A DNA stretch of 64,000 nucleotides from Eledone cirrhosa (taxonomy: Eukaryota), in contig OZ024742.1 in assembly GCA_964016885.1 (NCBI GenBank), forward strand, positions 45,322,001 to 45,386,000. The letters run 5' to 3'. Shown piece after piece: positions 63,168 through 64,000 of the stretch (the stretch's first letter is position 1; every line of letters starts with the position of its first letter). The notes under the pieces were generated by a model. It made no database searches and was not told where the DNA came from. It was given only the letters and a program-made list of their open reading frames with translations. The position numbers were made by a program, and so were the translations under genes.

Positions 63168-63875
63168 GTTCATTGTAAACTGCTACATGCACGAGAGAAA
63201 TTCACTAGAGAGAGTTAACTACAGGGGCATTAAGTTGATGAATCATGAATGTTACTGAAAGTTGTAGCACAACTAGACAGAATCAAGCTAGATGCAGTTC
63301 AGTTTTATGCCAGGTAGGTGTACTGCAGATGCCCTCTTCCTTGTGAAACAACTTCAGGAGAAATACTTAGCTGAGAGTAAGCCTCAGTATCTGGCATTTG
63401 AAAAAAGCCTTTGATGGAATTCCCTGCTCTATAATTTGGTGGTCACTAAAGAAGGTAGACGTAGACAAATGGATTGTGAAGGCTGTGCAAACCATATATA
63501 GAGGTGCAGCCAGCAAAGTGAGAGTTAGTAATGAGTTCAGTGATGAATTTGAAATGCAGGTGACTGTGCTCAATTTATTTCTGTTTATCATTGATCTCCA
63601 GGCCATTACTAGGGAGTTTAAGACTAGCACTCCATGGGAACTCCTATATGCTGATGATATAGTCATAGCTGAATGTGAGGCAAAATTCTACACAAATTTA
63701 CTTTTAAAGTAAATTTAGCTCAATTGCCAGGGAGGCTTCCTAGAAGTTATGTAATGTCAGCATGCATGATGATATCAGTGAGCTGAGAGAAAAACTTGGC
63801 ATAAGAGGAACAGGATGTAGTGTGCAAGACTATTGGTATGGACATGTGGTGTGTATGCAAGATGACAGTTGCTTT
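63168..63875 (+). mobile_element. Decayed RTE fragment in a PDIA3 intron
   Basis: KAFDGIPCSIIWW, PWELLYADD. Confidence 0.8.
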
Positions 63876-64000
63876 AGTTGTTTCACAAGACCAGTCAAAA
63901 TTCACAATTTTGAGAATTTAATAGATTTAGTTGAAAGATAAAACAATATTTTAGTTTAGAAATAAGTAACAAAATGTTTAAGCAAAACTGAAAAGTAAAA

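Overview
AT-rich, repeat-dense animal genomic DNA. The RTE/SINE/(TA)n landscape fits an octopod cephalopod (inference, not checked). Two host genes face each other. On the + strand, six phase-compatible GT-AG exons (7074-41681, N-terminus missing) encode a type I membrane protein with a PLAT/LH2-like ectodomain, a Ser/Thr stalk, one TM helix and a tail of repeated NxxY motifs. On the - strand are the last two exons of PDIA3/ERp57 (61840-62699, ending KKEL). The rest is mostly mobile DNA: RTE LINEs with a PHD-like finger, a CR1 LINE, a Gypsy element with both LTRs, three decayed mariners, Helitrons, piggyBac-type MITEs, tRNA-derived SINEs, and a Penelope-like element (PLE) with many non-coding PLE-type fold-back inserts in (TA)n. 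The main hidden signal is about ten type I hammerhead ribozyme (HHR) motifs in these inserts. Several look intact, three carry the covarying U3-A8 core, several have very long stem II inserts, and one sits in a 705-bp unit with terminal redundancy. All structures were read by eye, with no folding or database search; repeat boundaries are approximate.
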